Below, piece after piece: positions 41,323 through 57,149 of a stretch of 64,000 nt of DNA (position 1 is its first letter; each line of letters opens with the position of its first letter). Position numbers and translations under genes: made by a program. The stretch is from positions 126,108,001 to 126,172,000 of the forward strand of contig OZ024740.1 in the NCBI GenBank assembly GCA_964016885.1, in the 5' to 3' direction. The DNA is from Eledone cirrhosa (lineage: Eukaryota). The notes under the pieces are model-generated. The model had not been told where the DNA came from. It saw only the letters and a list, made by a program, of their open reading frames with translations, and did no database searches.

Positions 41323-41891
41323 GTGTGTCAATGTATATATAAAACACATGTCACAAATAAATTGCTACGTTTTAAAATAGGAGCATTGTTAGAGGAGTTT
41401 AGAGGAGACAACGAATAACATTCCTACCATTTTTAGCCACCTTTTTAATTATATGACCTCGAAACTATGTTTAACATCATCCACTGCGGTGGTAGTGGAG
41501 CTATTATTGCAAATTAATAATAGTAGAAAACTGAAGACATTTCTTTTCCCATAAATTATATGATATAAATAAGAATAAACATCATGCCACGCTATGGGGC
41601 TTTAACGTCTCGTGGAGGTTTATGGGTGCTGTAAACTATGTGTAGCTCTTGGCACTCCAAGTATGAACACAGCCGATTTCTTTCAGAGAGAGGGCGGGAT
41701 ACGCATATATATATATTGGAAAATGTGTGAGATCCTTGGTACAGTTAAGTATATTTGAAAAAAAGGAAAAGAATGGCTTCACTTGTAGTTCTAAACAAAT
41801 TGATTTAATTTTATAATATCATAATATTATGAGCTGGTTGATCTAGTAAGTTCTTTGTTAACTTCGGTGGGAAGATTTTTAAAGATTCCAA

Positions 41892-41937
<46 letters not shown>

Positions 41938-42022
41938 TGAAAGAGATATATATAGAATACTGAGAGAGAGAGAGAGAAAAAGAGAGAGAAAGAAAGAGAG
42001 AAAGATAGAGAAAAAGAGAGAG

Positions 42023-42060
<38 letters not shown>

Positions 42061-43999
42061 TGATGGGAGAAAGAGAGAGTGAAGCGATAGAAGGAGGAGT
42101 ACAGAGAGATCGAGAGGGTACTGTTATTTTATATATTAACCTCGATGAATGACAACATTACAGTCGGTGGAGTTTCAACTCAGAGCGCTGAATAACGATG
42201 TCGCCTTCAATAACATTATAGATTCATAAACATTTTGAAATATATAAAAAATATGTTATAAAAAATGAATGAGAACTCTGCTAGCAGGCTCAAACTTATA
42301 TCACTTTTTGGCGCCCGTATCGTGTATTATACAATATTTACTTCGAGTTTCCTCCGTCTATTTGTGTTAACTGAATACTTAACCTTGCTCTCAAAGAATC
42401 TCACAAGCCCGTACATAAATACACAAATACACACACACACATACACTCTCTCTCTCATACAAACACATAAACCCACACACACATACACATAAATACACAT
42501 ACACACACATATGTATGTGTATACGAACACACGCCATCCAATAAATACACATTTTGTCGATCACCTTCAGCGCTCACCTCTTTCAATGGTAATTAGTCAG
42601 CCACTTAGCACTGCACAGTATCAGGCTTCTTCTACAAATGCATAATATAGCAAGTTGACATATTTGATGCGATGCTTGGACTGCTATTAAGTACGAGTGT
42701 TTGGCTAAATTATGAATGAACAGCAATATGTTTCACATCAGCCACACTGAATATTATACATTTTCGAAACACTAAACTGAGATCGAAAAAGAACAACATA
42801 CACACTTCTGGGGATTGGAAATATGCATCAGTCGTTTTGCAGCTAATAAATAGTAAATCAGTCTACACTAAGTTTGCAATTGTATAAGGGATATTCTGAT
42901 AGACGATTTGGTAAATAAGTAAGTTGGATATATAGAGAGGTAAATTGTCAATTAAACAGATAGGTAGTGCTGGCGATGCCATGAGATCACCGCAGAAGTC
43001 ACATTGGCCCTATACATCAGTAAGACGCATTGCTGAAATTTAAAGGATCACGGTCTTGCACAAATATTTATAATTATATCTTAAAACTCATTGCCGCGTA
43101 GTAGAGTTAGGGAAATATCCAAAGTGGTGTTGAAGGCTGTAGGGTGTTCCTGATCTGCCATATTCTTTGGGATGGGTAAGTGTGGAGAGGGTATTAGGAA
43201 ATCTAGGCTAAGTAATTTTATTAGTGTGGTCAGAGCAAGAATTGAAAACAAACTACGTTCGTTAGTTTAACGAAACTGGAAGTTGAAATTATTTCATTTG
43301 GGAGAACGGGACACGAAACTAGGAGAACAGGCATATGTTGTAAATGTAACTTAAGGCATTCAATAGCCAAGCGCCCGCTCTGCAAATAGATGGGTAGCTG
43401 GAGGTTGTGTGTTTATATAGAGAAGGGAAATATGAAAGGGACGGGGAACGCGGATTAATGAATCAAATAAACCCTATCTCTGAATGTTTATACAATTTCA
43501 ATATTTATATACATACGTTTGAAGTGCTCCAAAACAATTCGACAGAAATTCATCAAAGAAAACAATTAAAACACCGTGTCTTGAAAGGTCTTATCACTAA
43601 CGCACTTTAGATAAGGATTCCTTCCCCTTAGTTTTACGCACAGTGGGTCCTCAAATTTTTAACAGTATTAACTGTTAATCGTTGTCTTAGGCTGTGCATT
43701 CGAGCGTTAATACTTAACTTTGATGTTAAGATATTAATTCTCGATGATTACATGCACAGCAGCGAATAATATTGGTTTTACAAGACAAGAAGATACACAA
43801 AGAAAATATTTTTCTTTCATGTGATCACAATCTCAAAAAGTTAATAGTCAGTACCTGATACATGACTCGCATCTATGTGGTCTCAGTATATAATGGCTGT
43901 GCGATGTGGGAGTTGCATTCACGACTAATTATATAATATTAAGTTATATAATTTCTAACCGAACTCTTAAGAATTGTAATTCTTCTGATGTCGACATAG

Positions 44000-45800
44000 C
44001 TTTTCATTTAACAAGCTGAATCGGATAGAATGAGTAAAATGCAAGCAGAAGAACCGTTTCAATTCATGTGGTAGAATTAAACTCTTCTCTTGCTTAAGAC
44101 TGCCATCTAACTCTTAAATGCCTTTACTTGCAAGGTCTCCCAGTTTAAGGATAACTTCCACCAATCTCCCCACCTGTCTTGGAAGCCCCGTTAACTATGA
44201 TCCATACTAAGCTTCCCTTCCAAAATTCGTCTCAAAAGTAGAATGACTATTCTATCTTCATCCAACAATTGAGATCTCTGCGTGATAATCCAATCTGCTA
44301 ATAATAACAACCATATCTATATTTCTAAGTTGTTACAAAACAAAGGATACATTTCTTAATTTAACTACTAGATACACTCTCTTAAATATAGATGAGATAG
44401 TCACAGCTGCAAATACCTTGATCGGAGCTCTGCTCAATTTAATTGCTGACCAAATATTTTCAATAATTTTAAAACATAATGATTACTCCTAAGAAACAAA
44501 TCATGTATGAGATATTGCGCACGATATAAACAGTTAGTTAATGAAATTTGAATGATTACTTCAATTTAAAAGACTTCCTTAGGTTGCCATTAAATATTTG
44601 AAAACATTTGACAAGACATGTGAAGCTACTGCTGCAATCTTTGAGGATTCGATATGTTTTCCAACCCACAATAATTAATATTTGAAATAGAATCGAGAAA
44701 TTATAATAAAGATATAGAAATGCATAAAATCTGAATGAAATCGATGAAAAACAAAAGAAAATCCCCTAAATAAAAGAAGCTTTGTGAATTAGAAAACATA
44801 TCGACAAATAGATAAACAAAACCCCAATGTTTACATAAAGAATATAGCTCGACTGGAAAACGAATATATTTTATGAGGAATACTTTTAATGGGGTCTCAA
44901 TGTACCTACAATCAATTCTGCAGTGAAAGCGTGCAATATATATATATAAAAGTTTTATTGATAATTTCGAGTAAACAAATCTTCGCTAAGTCAAAATTGA
45001 AGAGAAGAAAACTAATACAAATTTCTCTTCTTAACAGAAAATGTGAGAAGATTTAAATCAAAGTCAAAGATGAATCTAGAGAATACCTGCCTAAACGAGG
45101 GTGAGGCAACCCCCTAAATGACGAATACTTGTGAAAACAGAGATTGAATAGACAACGAAAAAAATTAGTATACTTTGAGAAGATGATGTCTCAAAGCTGA
45201 AATTGAAGAATCCTTCATTACGGCTCAAAATCAAAGCTCTTCAATTAGAAACACCCTGAATAAAGTGGTGAAGTAAAATACTTTCAGAATATGTGGAGGT
45301 TAGACAGAAACAGTTAACATAATTGACTTAGTTTGTGCATTCCTAGTCAAGAAAGAATACATCAACAGAGATGATAAATATTGTTCTCATACAAATTAAA
45401 TTATTGCAGCATTCTGAAATACCGATAGAAAAGTGATGGTACAAATATGCACCAGAAAATCCCTTGAGAGTAGAATAACTCCTTTTACTCAGTACAGGAG
45501 TGTCTTAGCTAATAGACTGTATATTCCTGTCAAGACGACGAGGAAGGAACATTCTTCCTGATCTAAGTATCAGTCCGAAGCCATGACAGTATGTCACTAA
45601 AGGAACAATAGAAATACTCCAAATATAATTATCCGTAAATAAAGAAAACTATAGTGAGGGGATTGAAAATCAGAAACAAACTATATTCGAGGAAAGCTAA
45701 ATGTGATACAACTGATTTCATAACAAATCACTAGGATGTACACATTTATATAAAATATATCATATCTAAGTACAAGGATTTGCACCTATGTGACACCGAC
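44000..45800 (+). mobile_element. Heavily decayed R4/Dong-like non-LTR element
   Basis: Remnants resembling LKAETE..ITAQNQSL (about 45190-45240) and ETVN..C..LVKKEYINR (about 45305-45375); boundaries uncertain. Confidence 0.5.
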
Positions 45801-45844
45801 TGCTTTCAACTCGATGTCTAATTGAATAGTCCCTACTGAGGGAT

Positions 45845-46800
45845 TTTCAAGGGTGCCCTCTCTCCTCTCTTCTGTACATATTGACACAAGCACCTTTACA
45901 GAAGAAGCTGGAGCTTTTGAAGGGCATCGTGCTCAAACCGGGACGTGGAAGGGCTGTGTCAGTATATGGGATGTCATTACTGTGATTGTGTCGAACACAT
46001 CAGAAATGAAGGTAGTTGGTACCATCTTAGAGGCATATGAAAGGTTGACGGGAGCAGAACTGAACAGATTGGCAGATTGAGAGGCAAATCTATGGCGTTC
46101 AACAGCGTTGTCGGACGCTGGACGTCGGACCGGTGAGTAACTCGGAGTCTGGTATGGGCAAGACTTTTCGGTGGATAAGAGCTGGGACGAGGTAACAAGC
46201 AGGGTGACCGCTCACTCCCAGAAATGGGCTGAGAGGAAGCTACCCGTGAAGGGTTGGGTGGATGTGGCGAACGCGTATGTGGCATCCGTCATCTATTAAC
46301 GCCTGCCTGTTGTGCCTTGCCATCGTTCGCACCTCACTAAATTAAAATACCTGCTCTTCAAATTCTTGTGGAGAGGATAGGTTCCATTGGCGAGGAGATC
46401 CATCGGCTGCCAGTATCATCTACATGGAGAACTGGGTATGCCGAGGAGATATTCTTAAACGGTAAAACAGTGATGTCACCATTTTAGAGACAAGACTTTC
46501 CGCAGCTTTTCTTTTTAACGGAGCTGAAGTTTGGGGTCAAGAAATAACAGAGACTGGTTCGCTTGGCATCTAAATGCTGCCTGGTTCTCACGGCCCTTCA
46601 CCAGTTGGGCAATACGATCAGTGTAAATTCAATTCTAGAGTTATATAGTAGATTATTGGCTGGCAAGTGTGACTCTGCCCTCACAGTGGCTCTGTTACTC
46701 CTTAAATCTTTTTACACGATTGTATCTAAAACCTCACTGTCCCATTTTTTTGTATTGCCCCCTACATGTCTAACCCTGTGGCCAATAAAGAAATTATTAT
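45845..46800 (+). mobile_element. Decayed, internally deleted Tx1 fragment with 3' end and (ATT)n tail
   Basis: Colinear with about 52255-53140; ends CCCTGTGGCCAATAAAGAAATTATTATT like 53980-54010. Confidence 0.85.
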
Positions 46801-47369
46801 TATTTTTATTATCAATATTATCATTATAGTCACGTTTTTGCATTACCTACAAGTAGAGTAACATACACATACTTTAAGCTTCTGTCGCAAATGGAAATGA
46901 CCGATGAATGATTAAATGATGTGTTATGTCAGTAGCATGCATCTCATTTGAAAATATCAGCAATATGTCAACACATTATATCAAGGAGTAGAGGCATAAA
47001 GTTCAAATATAGAAAGAACGTTAATCCCGTAATCCCAGATATAAGATATGGAACTGTATTACCATTAATTTGAAAGATAGATATACCGTAAACAAGAGAT
47101 AGAGAGTAATCAGAGAGCATGTTATTTCTTCTTTTTTCATTATTTATCTATCTATTGATCCATCTTTCTGTCCTCCTCTCCCTCTCACTTTTTGTCTCTC
47201 TTTGTATATATTTTTATATATATATATGCACAAACGTGTGTGTGTGTGTAATATATTTATTTTATTTCCGCGTGTGAATATATTTAGTGAAACATGTATA
47301 TTTAGAATTGCGCAAGAATGTCAAATTCGGAACAATGTTATACGCTACATACACGTCCACGAGCGCGTA

Positions 47370-47411
<42 letters not shown>

Positions 47412-48924
47412 CACGCACAAACACACACAATATATACACACATGCATACTTAATATAAATGTATATGTATTATATGTAGGTATGTTTGCATGTATTGTTG
47501 TATGTATGCACGTATATATGTTTATACGTGTGTATGCAAAAGTAACGCGATTTTGACATTCTGTTCACATTCGATGCCATAAAGTGCAGATAAAGAAAAT
47601 TGTATTGTCTGCTATAATATATCCCATGGTTTCCGTTTTTCTCTTTCTATCGCGCACACACGCATACATACACAATATATGTACACGATATATATGCACA
47701 TACACAATATATATACATGCGCAAATGTACACAGCAAATCCCTGCATAAAACACGCACATACGCATGCTGACATATAAATCCTCACACATGTACGCATTT
47801 TTAGATTCACGTCTCCTTATTGAGACACTTATGTGTGTTCACTACTTGTGTATGCAACCATCGCAAATATGAAGAAGAGAAAGATACGGAAGGAGACTTT
47901 CGTATGTTGACATATGAATGTAAATATTATGCAAGTCAATTAACACTTGTAGCTGTGTTTAGGTAATATGCACAACCTACCCCATAGTCCTCCGCAGCAA
48001 AGTTCAAAATCTTTCAAGCATTTGGGCTTAGTCTCCGAACTGAAGTAAATTCCCCCACCTCTCCTCGTCGTCATTAACTTCGAGAGATTTGTAGAGACCA
48101 TGGATGTTACTCTCCCTTCTTTGACTAAACCATATCGCCCCAACGCAGTTGATTCGTAGTCAGTTGGCATCGCTTGACATTAGCAAATATATTTGTCTGA
48201 CAAGAAGCGAATTCATTTACTTTAGTCATATATTGATCATTGTTGCTATACCCAGAAAAAGCTGTAGAATTCACGTTTCTTTTTTATGTTCCATTCTTTA
48301 TTTATATATACCTCACTCATAATTAGTATGTACCAGTTTGGTCTCATGTATAAAAGAGTTGTTTATTTTAAAACATCCTTGAGCTTTCTGAAGGAAGCCT
48401 GAAACTTGTTGGGCAAAGGGCGTGTGTCTTTGACCTTAGACATTCTTTGAATAATCTTATAAGATCCACTTGGCAAAAAACACCCAAGAAGCAAGTATTG
48501 GTATTAATACCAACACTTGCTTCATGTGATGGATTAAAGTTTTCACACAATTGCAGAGACACTTTAATTGACAAGCTTCCTCAGTGTGTTGCTATGTGCA
48601 GAAACATTCAGCTTAGTTTGACACGAAACTATCGTAGAATAGACTTTTTAAAGTTGCCGTACAGCAGGTTTGAACCCGAGTACCCTACATATAATTGCAT
48701 TATTTTGTGAATTTCTTTACCAAACAACCATACAACCATTACATCATGAAAGCAGTAAACAATCGTCGTTAGTGTGAATATTTGTTTTCATCTAGACAGA
48801 TATCATTTTCTGTGTTTTTCTAGATACTATCTCCGTAGTATGTATATCCTTAGGGCATATTTCAAATAAAGATTTACTAGCTTTGCAATATTTAGTGTAT
48901 TAGTATTAGTATAGTGATATGTAA

Positions 48925-51900
48925 TATCACAGAAAGATATCGAAGTCGCGCTGAGGTGCATCAGAGAAGACACCCAGTACATAGAGAGGGGCAGACAGTA
49001 CGGCACCATTTCGGTGTTGTTCAAGTCAGAAGCCCTCGCGATGAAACACGCCATGACTCCTTGCAAAACCAGCAAGGTCATAATGTACCCCTCCCACATG
49101 GGAAAAAGAACGGCCCGTCTCCGTATTCCCAGAATCCCACCAGGACTTGACATGTGGTTGCTTCTGGGATGTGTGATTGTGGAGGGGACGGATACAGTCC
49201 CTATAGAAGTGACCAGAACGACCAGAGAGGACTGGTCCGGGGTTGACCTGGAAATCCTTCTCCAGATCAGGCCCGAGAATGTGAAGACAATCCCAGACCA
49301 TATCCGACTTCAGAATGGGACTGTCATTCACATTATGACCGAAGGCAAAAGGCCGCAGTGTTTTGTTTGTGGGAAAAAAAACCCATTTGCGAGCCTTTTG
49401 CCCTCAACTGCTGAAAGAAGCAAGGGGTCTAAAGGCTCCACTGCTGCCGACGGCGGGGCGAGGACCACAACCAACACCTGCACCGGCAAAACCACCAACA
49501 ACAACACCAATAGAAAAAACACCACCAACATTGACAACCCAGGGTGGAAACGAGGAAAGCTGTCAAATTCCCCCTCCCCGCAAAATACACACACCAATAA
49601 AACCTTAAACATACATACAAACACACTTACAGACACAGACCCCTCATCTACCAGTAGTGAAGATGAGGGAAATCCGAAATCCCCCAAAATACAAAAAAGG
49701 AAACACAAAAAGAAAAGAAAAACTCAACAAAGCACAAAAGCACCCACAATAAAAAACGCAGACACCACCCACGCAAACATCTCTCCAATAACACCAACAT
49801 CAACACCACCATCACCATCACCAGAATCCCCCAAACGAAAACAACTGAAACAGATGCAAGAACAAATATACACACAAACATCTGAAATAACAGACATCGC
49901 ACTCACAACAAACACAGATACAACCGAAACAACACCACCAAAACCATCACCACCACAGCCACGCAAACAAATAAAATCACACCAACAAAACATACAAAAC
50001 TTCCTGCTCGTCAGGAGGGCCAACAAGGAACTGATGGCCCTCGTAGCACGAAGAGAAAATATACAAAAAGAGGGGGAAATGTTTAAATCGAGCACATTTC
50101 ACGTGCCGGAAGATTTGGTTCTGGTGCGAATGTCGCTCGACATATTCAAAGAAATACGAGACAGCTTTCCTCGGGACGTGGGAACCCGGAACGTAAAACC
50201 CACTTCAAGACTTTTAAAGGGGTTCCCAAAAGAAAACCCACTAACATTGGAGTCGAACAACCCGACCTTCACAAGAGCCCGGAAGGTAAGTAAACCTTCC
50301 TCTCTCTTTGTTTAACCTGCCAACATGGCCGTATTAAGAGTAGGATGTATAAATGTTCGAGGCCTGGGATCGTCCTGGAAGCAGGGTCACCTGCTCAACG
50401 ACCTCAGATCTATAGAAATGGATGTAATTGCAGTCAGCGAGACCAGGATTTCCGACACGCGCGCACTAGCCCCCATTTTCGACGACTATCAGATCTTTGC
50501 ATCTGTTAGCCAGCCGGGAATGGGAGGCGGGGTGGCAGTGCTGTTTAGGAAAGGCCTGGATCTCGAGGTAAGCTCGATCTTCCGGGACCCAGACGGGAAG
50601 TTGGTGGTCCTGGACGTGAACAATAATGAAGGTGGTGCCTTTAGACTGGTGGCCGTCTATGCTCCTACTGGGGCAGGACGGCCGACTTCTTTAGACGCCT
50701 GGAAGCCTTTCTGGGTACGTCTCGCCCTTTACTGTTAGCGGGGGACTGGAAGGGCATCTTAGACGCACGCTGGGACTTTGTGGGAGTATCCGATAGGAGC
50801 GGGGGGTGCAAAAGCCTCAAGAACCTGATCAGCCAGTTCCAACTGTCTGACAAGTACCGACTAGATTTCCCTAATGCGCGAGTGTGGACTTGGGCTAACC
50901 GCATAGGGTCATCTAGATCGTATATAGACAGGATATTCATTAGGAAAATAGACAGAAATAGTGTAAGCTGTCCACGTTTTGAAACGGTCGCCTATTCAGA
51001 TCACAAGTTTGTGATCTGTATGGTCGACCTAGATAAGACACGTAGGTTAGGACCTGGTTACTGGAAGCTAAACATGTCATTTCCGGCACGTAAGGCTTAC
51101 AGGGACCAGATCAACAATTTAGTTAAGAAAAAGTTGACAGGGGTGTCGTCAACAATAGATGGTGGGGGGCTCTCAAAAGAGAGATTAGAGTAATGTCGAT
51201 AGAGTTTAGCAAAGAAGTAGCATTAGAGAAAAATAGAAAGGAGGGAGAGTTGGTACATAAGTTAGACGAGGCTATTGGTAGTGGCAGTGCAACTGATGTG
51301 CTATCGGCGAGAATGGCATTAGACCATTTCTTCAATGCGAAACACGAAGGTTGCATTGGCAGAGCTAAGGCGCGTGCTCTGAGAAACGAGGGAACCAAAG
51401 CTGTTCGATGGGCCCGCGTGGCAGAGGCGCAGCGTGGTAATAAAACCACGATTCGGTCTTTGACGGACCGAGACGGGCTCGAGCTGAGCGATTCCAAGAG
51501 GATGTGGCCTTTCGCCAACATTTTGCTCGGTTGTTCGGGGGAAGTGGCGGGTCAGAGATGGTGGTGGACTTCAGTCTCTTCCTCGAAGGCTTACCACAAC
51601 TCTCGACGGCTGACGCTGGGCGCTGCGAAAGGCCAATTACTTCAGCCGAGATTCAGGATGCCCTTGTAGGCTGCATGAGGCGCAAGTCACCCGGTTTGGA
51701 TGGTCTGCCCTACGAGCTTTACGTAAATATGTCAGACTTGTTCTCCAATCTCCTCGAAGCGCTCTACTGCAACTGGCAGCAAAACGGGAGTATTCCCAGT
51801 TCTGTGAGCCGGGGGCGTAGTGACGCTTATAAGGTATGACGAGAAGAAGAGGGACACATTAGACAATTTCAGGCCCATAACTCTGCTCAACACAGAGTTT

Positions 51901-54000
51901 AAGATTTTGGCCAGGGTGTTAGCGAAGAGGGTGGCGCTTGTCGTCGAGGATTTGGTTGGGGAGGCGTAAACTTGCGCAATCCCAACCAGGTCCATACTCG
52001 ACAACCTCCACCTAATGCGATACATCATAGAGAGGGTAGGGTGTAAACCTGGCTTCGGTGGGGCTCTGATCAATTTAGATCAATCGAAAGCATTCGATAG
52101 GGTCGACCATCGGTACCTGGAGGCTGTCCTCAAGGCGGCTGGCTTCGGCCCCGTCTTCAGAAGCTGGATCGCTGCAATGCATAGCGGCACCTGCTCGATG
52201 GTGAAAATTAATGGCCACCTCTCGGAACCGTTTCAGGACTCCCGATCGGTCCGTCAAGGGTGCCCTCTCTCCTCCCTTCTGTACGTATTGACTCTCGAGC
52301 CTTTACTGCGGAAGCTGGAGCTGTTGCAGGGCATCCCGCTCGGACCGGAATGCGGAAAGGCTGTGTTGGCTTCACCGTGATGGTGTCGGACACCTCAGAA
52401 ATCGAGGTGGTCGGCAACTTATTGGAGGAATATGAAAGGTTGACGGGAGCAAAACTTAACCCGGAAAAGTCAGTGGGCTTGCAACTCGGCACCTGGAGAG
52501 GCAAGTCCATGTCGTCCAACAGCGTCGTTAGGCGCTGGACGGACGGACCGGTAAAGTTGCTAGGGGTTTGGTTCGGGCCAGACCTCCAGGTGGAAAAGAA
52601 TTGGGACGAGGTGACGGGCAGGGTAGTCAGTCTCACCCAGAAATGGGCTGGGATGAAGCTATCACTGAAAGGTCGGGCGGAGGTGGCGAACGCGTACATC
52701 GCGTCCGTCATATACTACCGTCTGACTGTCGTCCCTTGCCCCCGTTCGCGCCTCGCCATCTTGGAGCGGCTCCTCTTCAAATTCTTGTGGAGGGGTCAGG
52801 TTCCGCTGGTGAGGCGGTCCATCTGCTGCCAGCACCCTCTACGTGGAGGGCTGGGCATGCCGTGGCTAATGATGCGCAGGCACGCGCTGAGGCTGCGGCA
52901 TCTCCAGATATTCTGCCTAAACGGTGAACAGGTGTTGTCGCCGTTTGTCAGACGGGACTTTCCGCAGCTCGTTTCTTTGACTGAGTTGCAGTCCTGGGTT
53001 AAGAAGAGACCGAGACTGGGTGACTGCCATCTGGAATGTTGCCAGGCACTCATTGCCCTCTACCAGGCGGGCAATGCGGTCAGTGGAACTTCCACTCTCG
53101 AGTTCTATAGAGGATTAGTGGTGGGCAAGTGCGACGACGCACTCGGAGAGGCTCTGGGAGTCAACGAAGTCGAACTAACCAGTCTGTACCGGAGGACTTT
53201 CGAGCCGGGGACGATGGCTAATTTCCAGAAATCCCTCGCTTGGCAGTGCTACCGGGGGGCACTACCGGTTCGAGATAAACTCTACAGGCACGGAAGTGCT
53301 GTCAGACGGACCTGCCCGAGATGCGTGCAGAGCGACGAAACCGTTCTGCACGCACTCGTCCAGTGACCGTGCATTACTGACTTGTGGAGTTATGTTGAAC
53401 AGCAGTTGTCGCGTGTAGAACGGATCCGGCTATCGGCCGAGTCCATAGTGAAGATCGACCCGCCGCCTTCTTTTGGCCAGGAAGGGCAGGCAATTTTCCT
53501 CTGCCTGGTGGCAGTAGCGAAAGAGGTTGTATGGTGGACGAGGTTGAAAGGATTGAAGACAGACACTTTTCTCTTCGCCCAATCCCTCATCAACTTTTTC
53601 AAGTTTCACTTGGAAAGGAAGGTGAGGGTGGAGAGAGAAGTGCTGCCCCCAGTACATTTGCTGAAAGGTGGTGAATGTGGCGAGAATGGCCCGTGTGAGT
53701 GGGCCTACTCTGGTCATGCGGCTGTAGGTAGGTAAATTTGAGGAGGAGAGGGGTTCCTTTCCAGGGTTCTCTCGAAGCGTCGGGTCGTTCAGGACTGGTG
53801 GGGTACCTGAGCGAACCCTAGGTGGTCATCCCTCTATTGGGGAATGTTTTCTTGTTGTAATTTTCTTGTTACTTTATTGTTACTTTGTTATTGTTACTTT
53901 GTTTATTCATATAGTTTACTCGATTTTTCTGTAAAACCCCACTGTCCCAGTCTTTTGTTTTGTCCCCTATATGTCGGCCCTTGTGGCCAATAAATGAAAT
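48925..54000 (+). mobile_element. L1/Tx1-clade LINE, copy 3 (partial ORF1, full but frameshifted ORF2, 3' UTR) with (ATT)n/(TAG)n tail
   Basis: ORF1 49014-50315; ORF2 from MAVLRVGCINVRGL at 50325 through RT and zinc finger to about 53727. Confidence 0.93.
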
Positions 54001-54024
54001 CATTATTATTATTATTATTATTAT

Positions 54025-54066
<42 letters not shown>

Positions 54067-56118
54067 CAGCAGCAGCAGCAGTAGTAGTAGTAGTTTATTT
54101 ATAGGCCAGAAGGGTGGAAGATTTTGCGGATAATACAAGGACAAAAACTAACACAAAGTGTAGTTTACATTGAGTGAAAGGAAAAGGAAACTAGGAGAAA
54201 AAAACACACCCTAGATATGATAGTGATAATGGTAATATATAACAGTAAACATAATTTAGTAACAGTAAGGAATTTAAAAGGGCCATGATGCCTGTGGTTA
54301 TATTCATATTGTCTCCTCCATCTTATTTGTTCTCCTGTTTTTGTGAAAGAAATACCGGAAGTGACACCTACAGGTACATATTTGGAATCTGGGATTTCGT
54401 TTCTGCACTCACAATAGACAACACCGAAGTAGCTTTGGGATCTTTGGGTATATTCAGAACTTGCATGTCTATACATCAAATATCTTAGAATATTTGTGTT
54501 ACCTGTGCACTCATCTTCTGCCATGCTCTGCAACAAATGTGATAACGAAGCAAATGTCGACGTCACTATCAGCATCTCAAATTGCAACCCAAATATCAGC
54601 ATCTCAAATTGCAACCCTTACGTTGCATTTCCTCACTGTGTCATCCACCTATAGGCTCTCTGTGGCGTACCATCTCTGCATCTTCAAATTTAGAGACCAT
54701 ACATGTGTGTCAATACACTCTAACTAAAAAAAGTACAAATCATAAACCAGAGTTTCGTACAGTTGTTTCTAGAGCGTCTGGAAGCTACCACGGGGCTTTT
54801 GAAAAAAAGGAGGGCATGTTGCACTCCTTCTTGTGCGCCCCTTGATCTATTGCATAGGTATGGAGGCATTCCTCAGCTGCCAACATCCTATGGTAAATAC
54901 ACTATCTTAGGTGATATGGTTTGATTATGAACCCCTAGAACATACCCGGCTAAGTCCGTAAAACTTTTCTTCGACGCTTTAAAACCTTAGATGAGAATAA
55001 AATTGGACACAGTTTTTGACTAGTTATTATTTCATTGAGCAACACCCCCATCGAAGTAATCTTTAACACGCCTCCATCCCGATAGCAGTCATGTTCTCGG
55101 TCGATTTATTCTATTTTTCCCTCTCCACAAATAACTGGCCTCCTGGCTAGATTAGAAACCATTACTCCATTTAGCCAAAATGGTGGATTGACAGAAAAGT
55201 CAGATAAAATACCATGCCATATTCCATACGCCACCCTACGATTTGAGTTGACATGCAGCGGATGCCAACTTTGGTTTTGATTATTCTTGGCTCGAAAACA
55301 TAAAGTACGTGTTATGTATAGGTAGATGAAATAAAGCTCAACATTCTGTACCACATAAAACCACATTCTTAAGATGTAAAATCTACAATATTTTAAATTT
55401 TAGTAACGATCTACGCACGAGTTAAGAGGGAATAAACACTTACATTGGCCAGTTTTTTAAATATGTTCTGCTATATCATTACAGGACGTTAACAACTAAT
55501 CGACTTTCCCATTTCCACCAACATTGCTGGTCTTGTGCTTGAATTAGTGACAGAAAGAAAGAAAAGCAATGACAGATTTTAGAATCAGAATGTAAAAGAG
55601 ACGTAACTCTATACACAAGGCATTTTCTGCTTGGGCACTGTTGCAATTTCTCCGCATTATACGCCACCGACCAGTCATATCATAACATACCAAAGAGCAT
55701 TAAGGAATATCTTCGCCACCATAACCAAACAAGGACAACAAGAACAAGAACAACAACAACTGCTACTACTACTACTACTATACACTACTACTACTACTAT
55801 ACACTACTACTACTACTACTATACACTACTACTACTACTACTACTACTACCAACAAAACAACCACAACAACGCCAAACAAACAAACTGTATAACTACCGA
55901 CAATCTCTCAGCACAAAGGAAAACATCAGGAACAAAAGAGAAATATTTATTTATTTATTTACTTATTTATCTATTTGTGTGTTTCTTATTTACTTTTTTT
56001 TCATCCAACCAACTTACACACACACATATATATATATATGTGTATATATAAACATATATATGTACATATATATATATGTATATATGTATATATATATATA
56101 TGTATATATGTATATATC

Positions 56119-56190
<72 letters not shown>

Positions 56191-56233
56191 TGTATATATA
56201 TATATAGGTATATATATATACATATATAATATA

Positions 56234-56264
<31 letters not shown>

Positions 56265-56827
56265 TATATATATATATATATATACATGTATATTATATAT
56301 GTGTGTGTGTATGTGTGTGCGTGTGTGTGTGTGCGCGCGCACGTGTGTGTGGTTATGTGTGTGTGTGTGTGTGTGCGCGCGCGTGCACGTGTGTGCGGTT
56401 TTTTCTTCTATTGATAATGGGGACTGGTGAAAAAAAGAGAAAAGAAATTCATGTTGTTTACAACGAGACTTACGCTTTTTTTTTTATTTGTTCGATATCT
56501 TTCTACCTTTCGCTTCTTGATTTCTCTGTATAAATGTATGTATGTGTGTTTATATGTCTGTATGTAATTGCTTTATTTATGTGTATGACTGTGTCTGTGT
56601 TCCTTTCTACTCAGCTTTATGTTCAAGGATTAACGTTATATGCTTTGCTTTATATATTGAGGTCTGTCATTATTCATAATCGTCAACAGTTGATGTCGGT
56701 TAGCCATTTTCTCTTTGCCATCAAATATTCGAATTCTATAGGAATCGATTTGTTATGTGATTATTTAGTTGATTATTTTTTTTATTTTTGACAGACACAT
56801 CGAATACACAGACACAGTAGCACGCAC

Positions 56828-56984
<157 letters not shown>

Positions 56985-57074
56985 AAAACAATATTTTTCA
57001 ATATTTTTCATGTTTCTTTTTCCTTTTCCTTTTGAATCTATTTGGCTCTTATTTCTCCATTATATAAATATGTG

Positions 57075-57149
<75 letters not shown>

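Noticed and set aside
54165-55670. Several 60-150 aa ORFs as possible host exons
   Set aside because: No recognisable motifs or consistent splice structure; small host exons cannot be excluded without RNA data.
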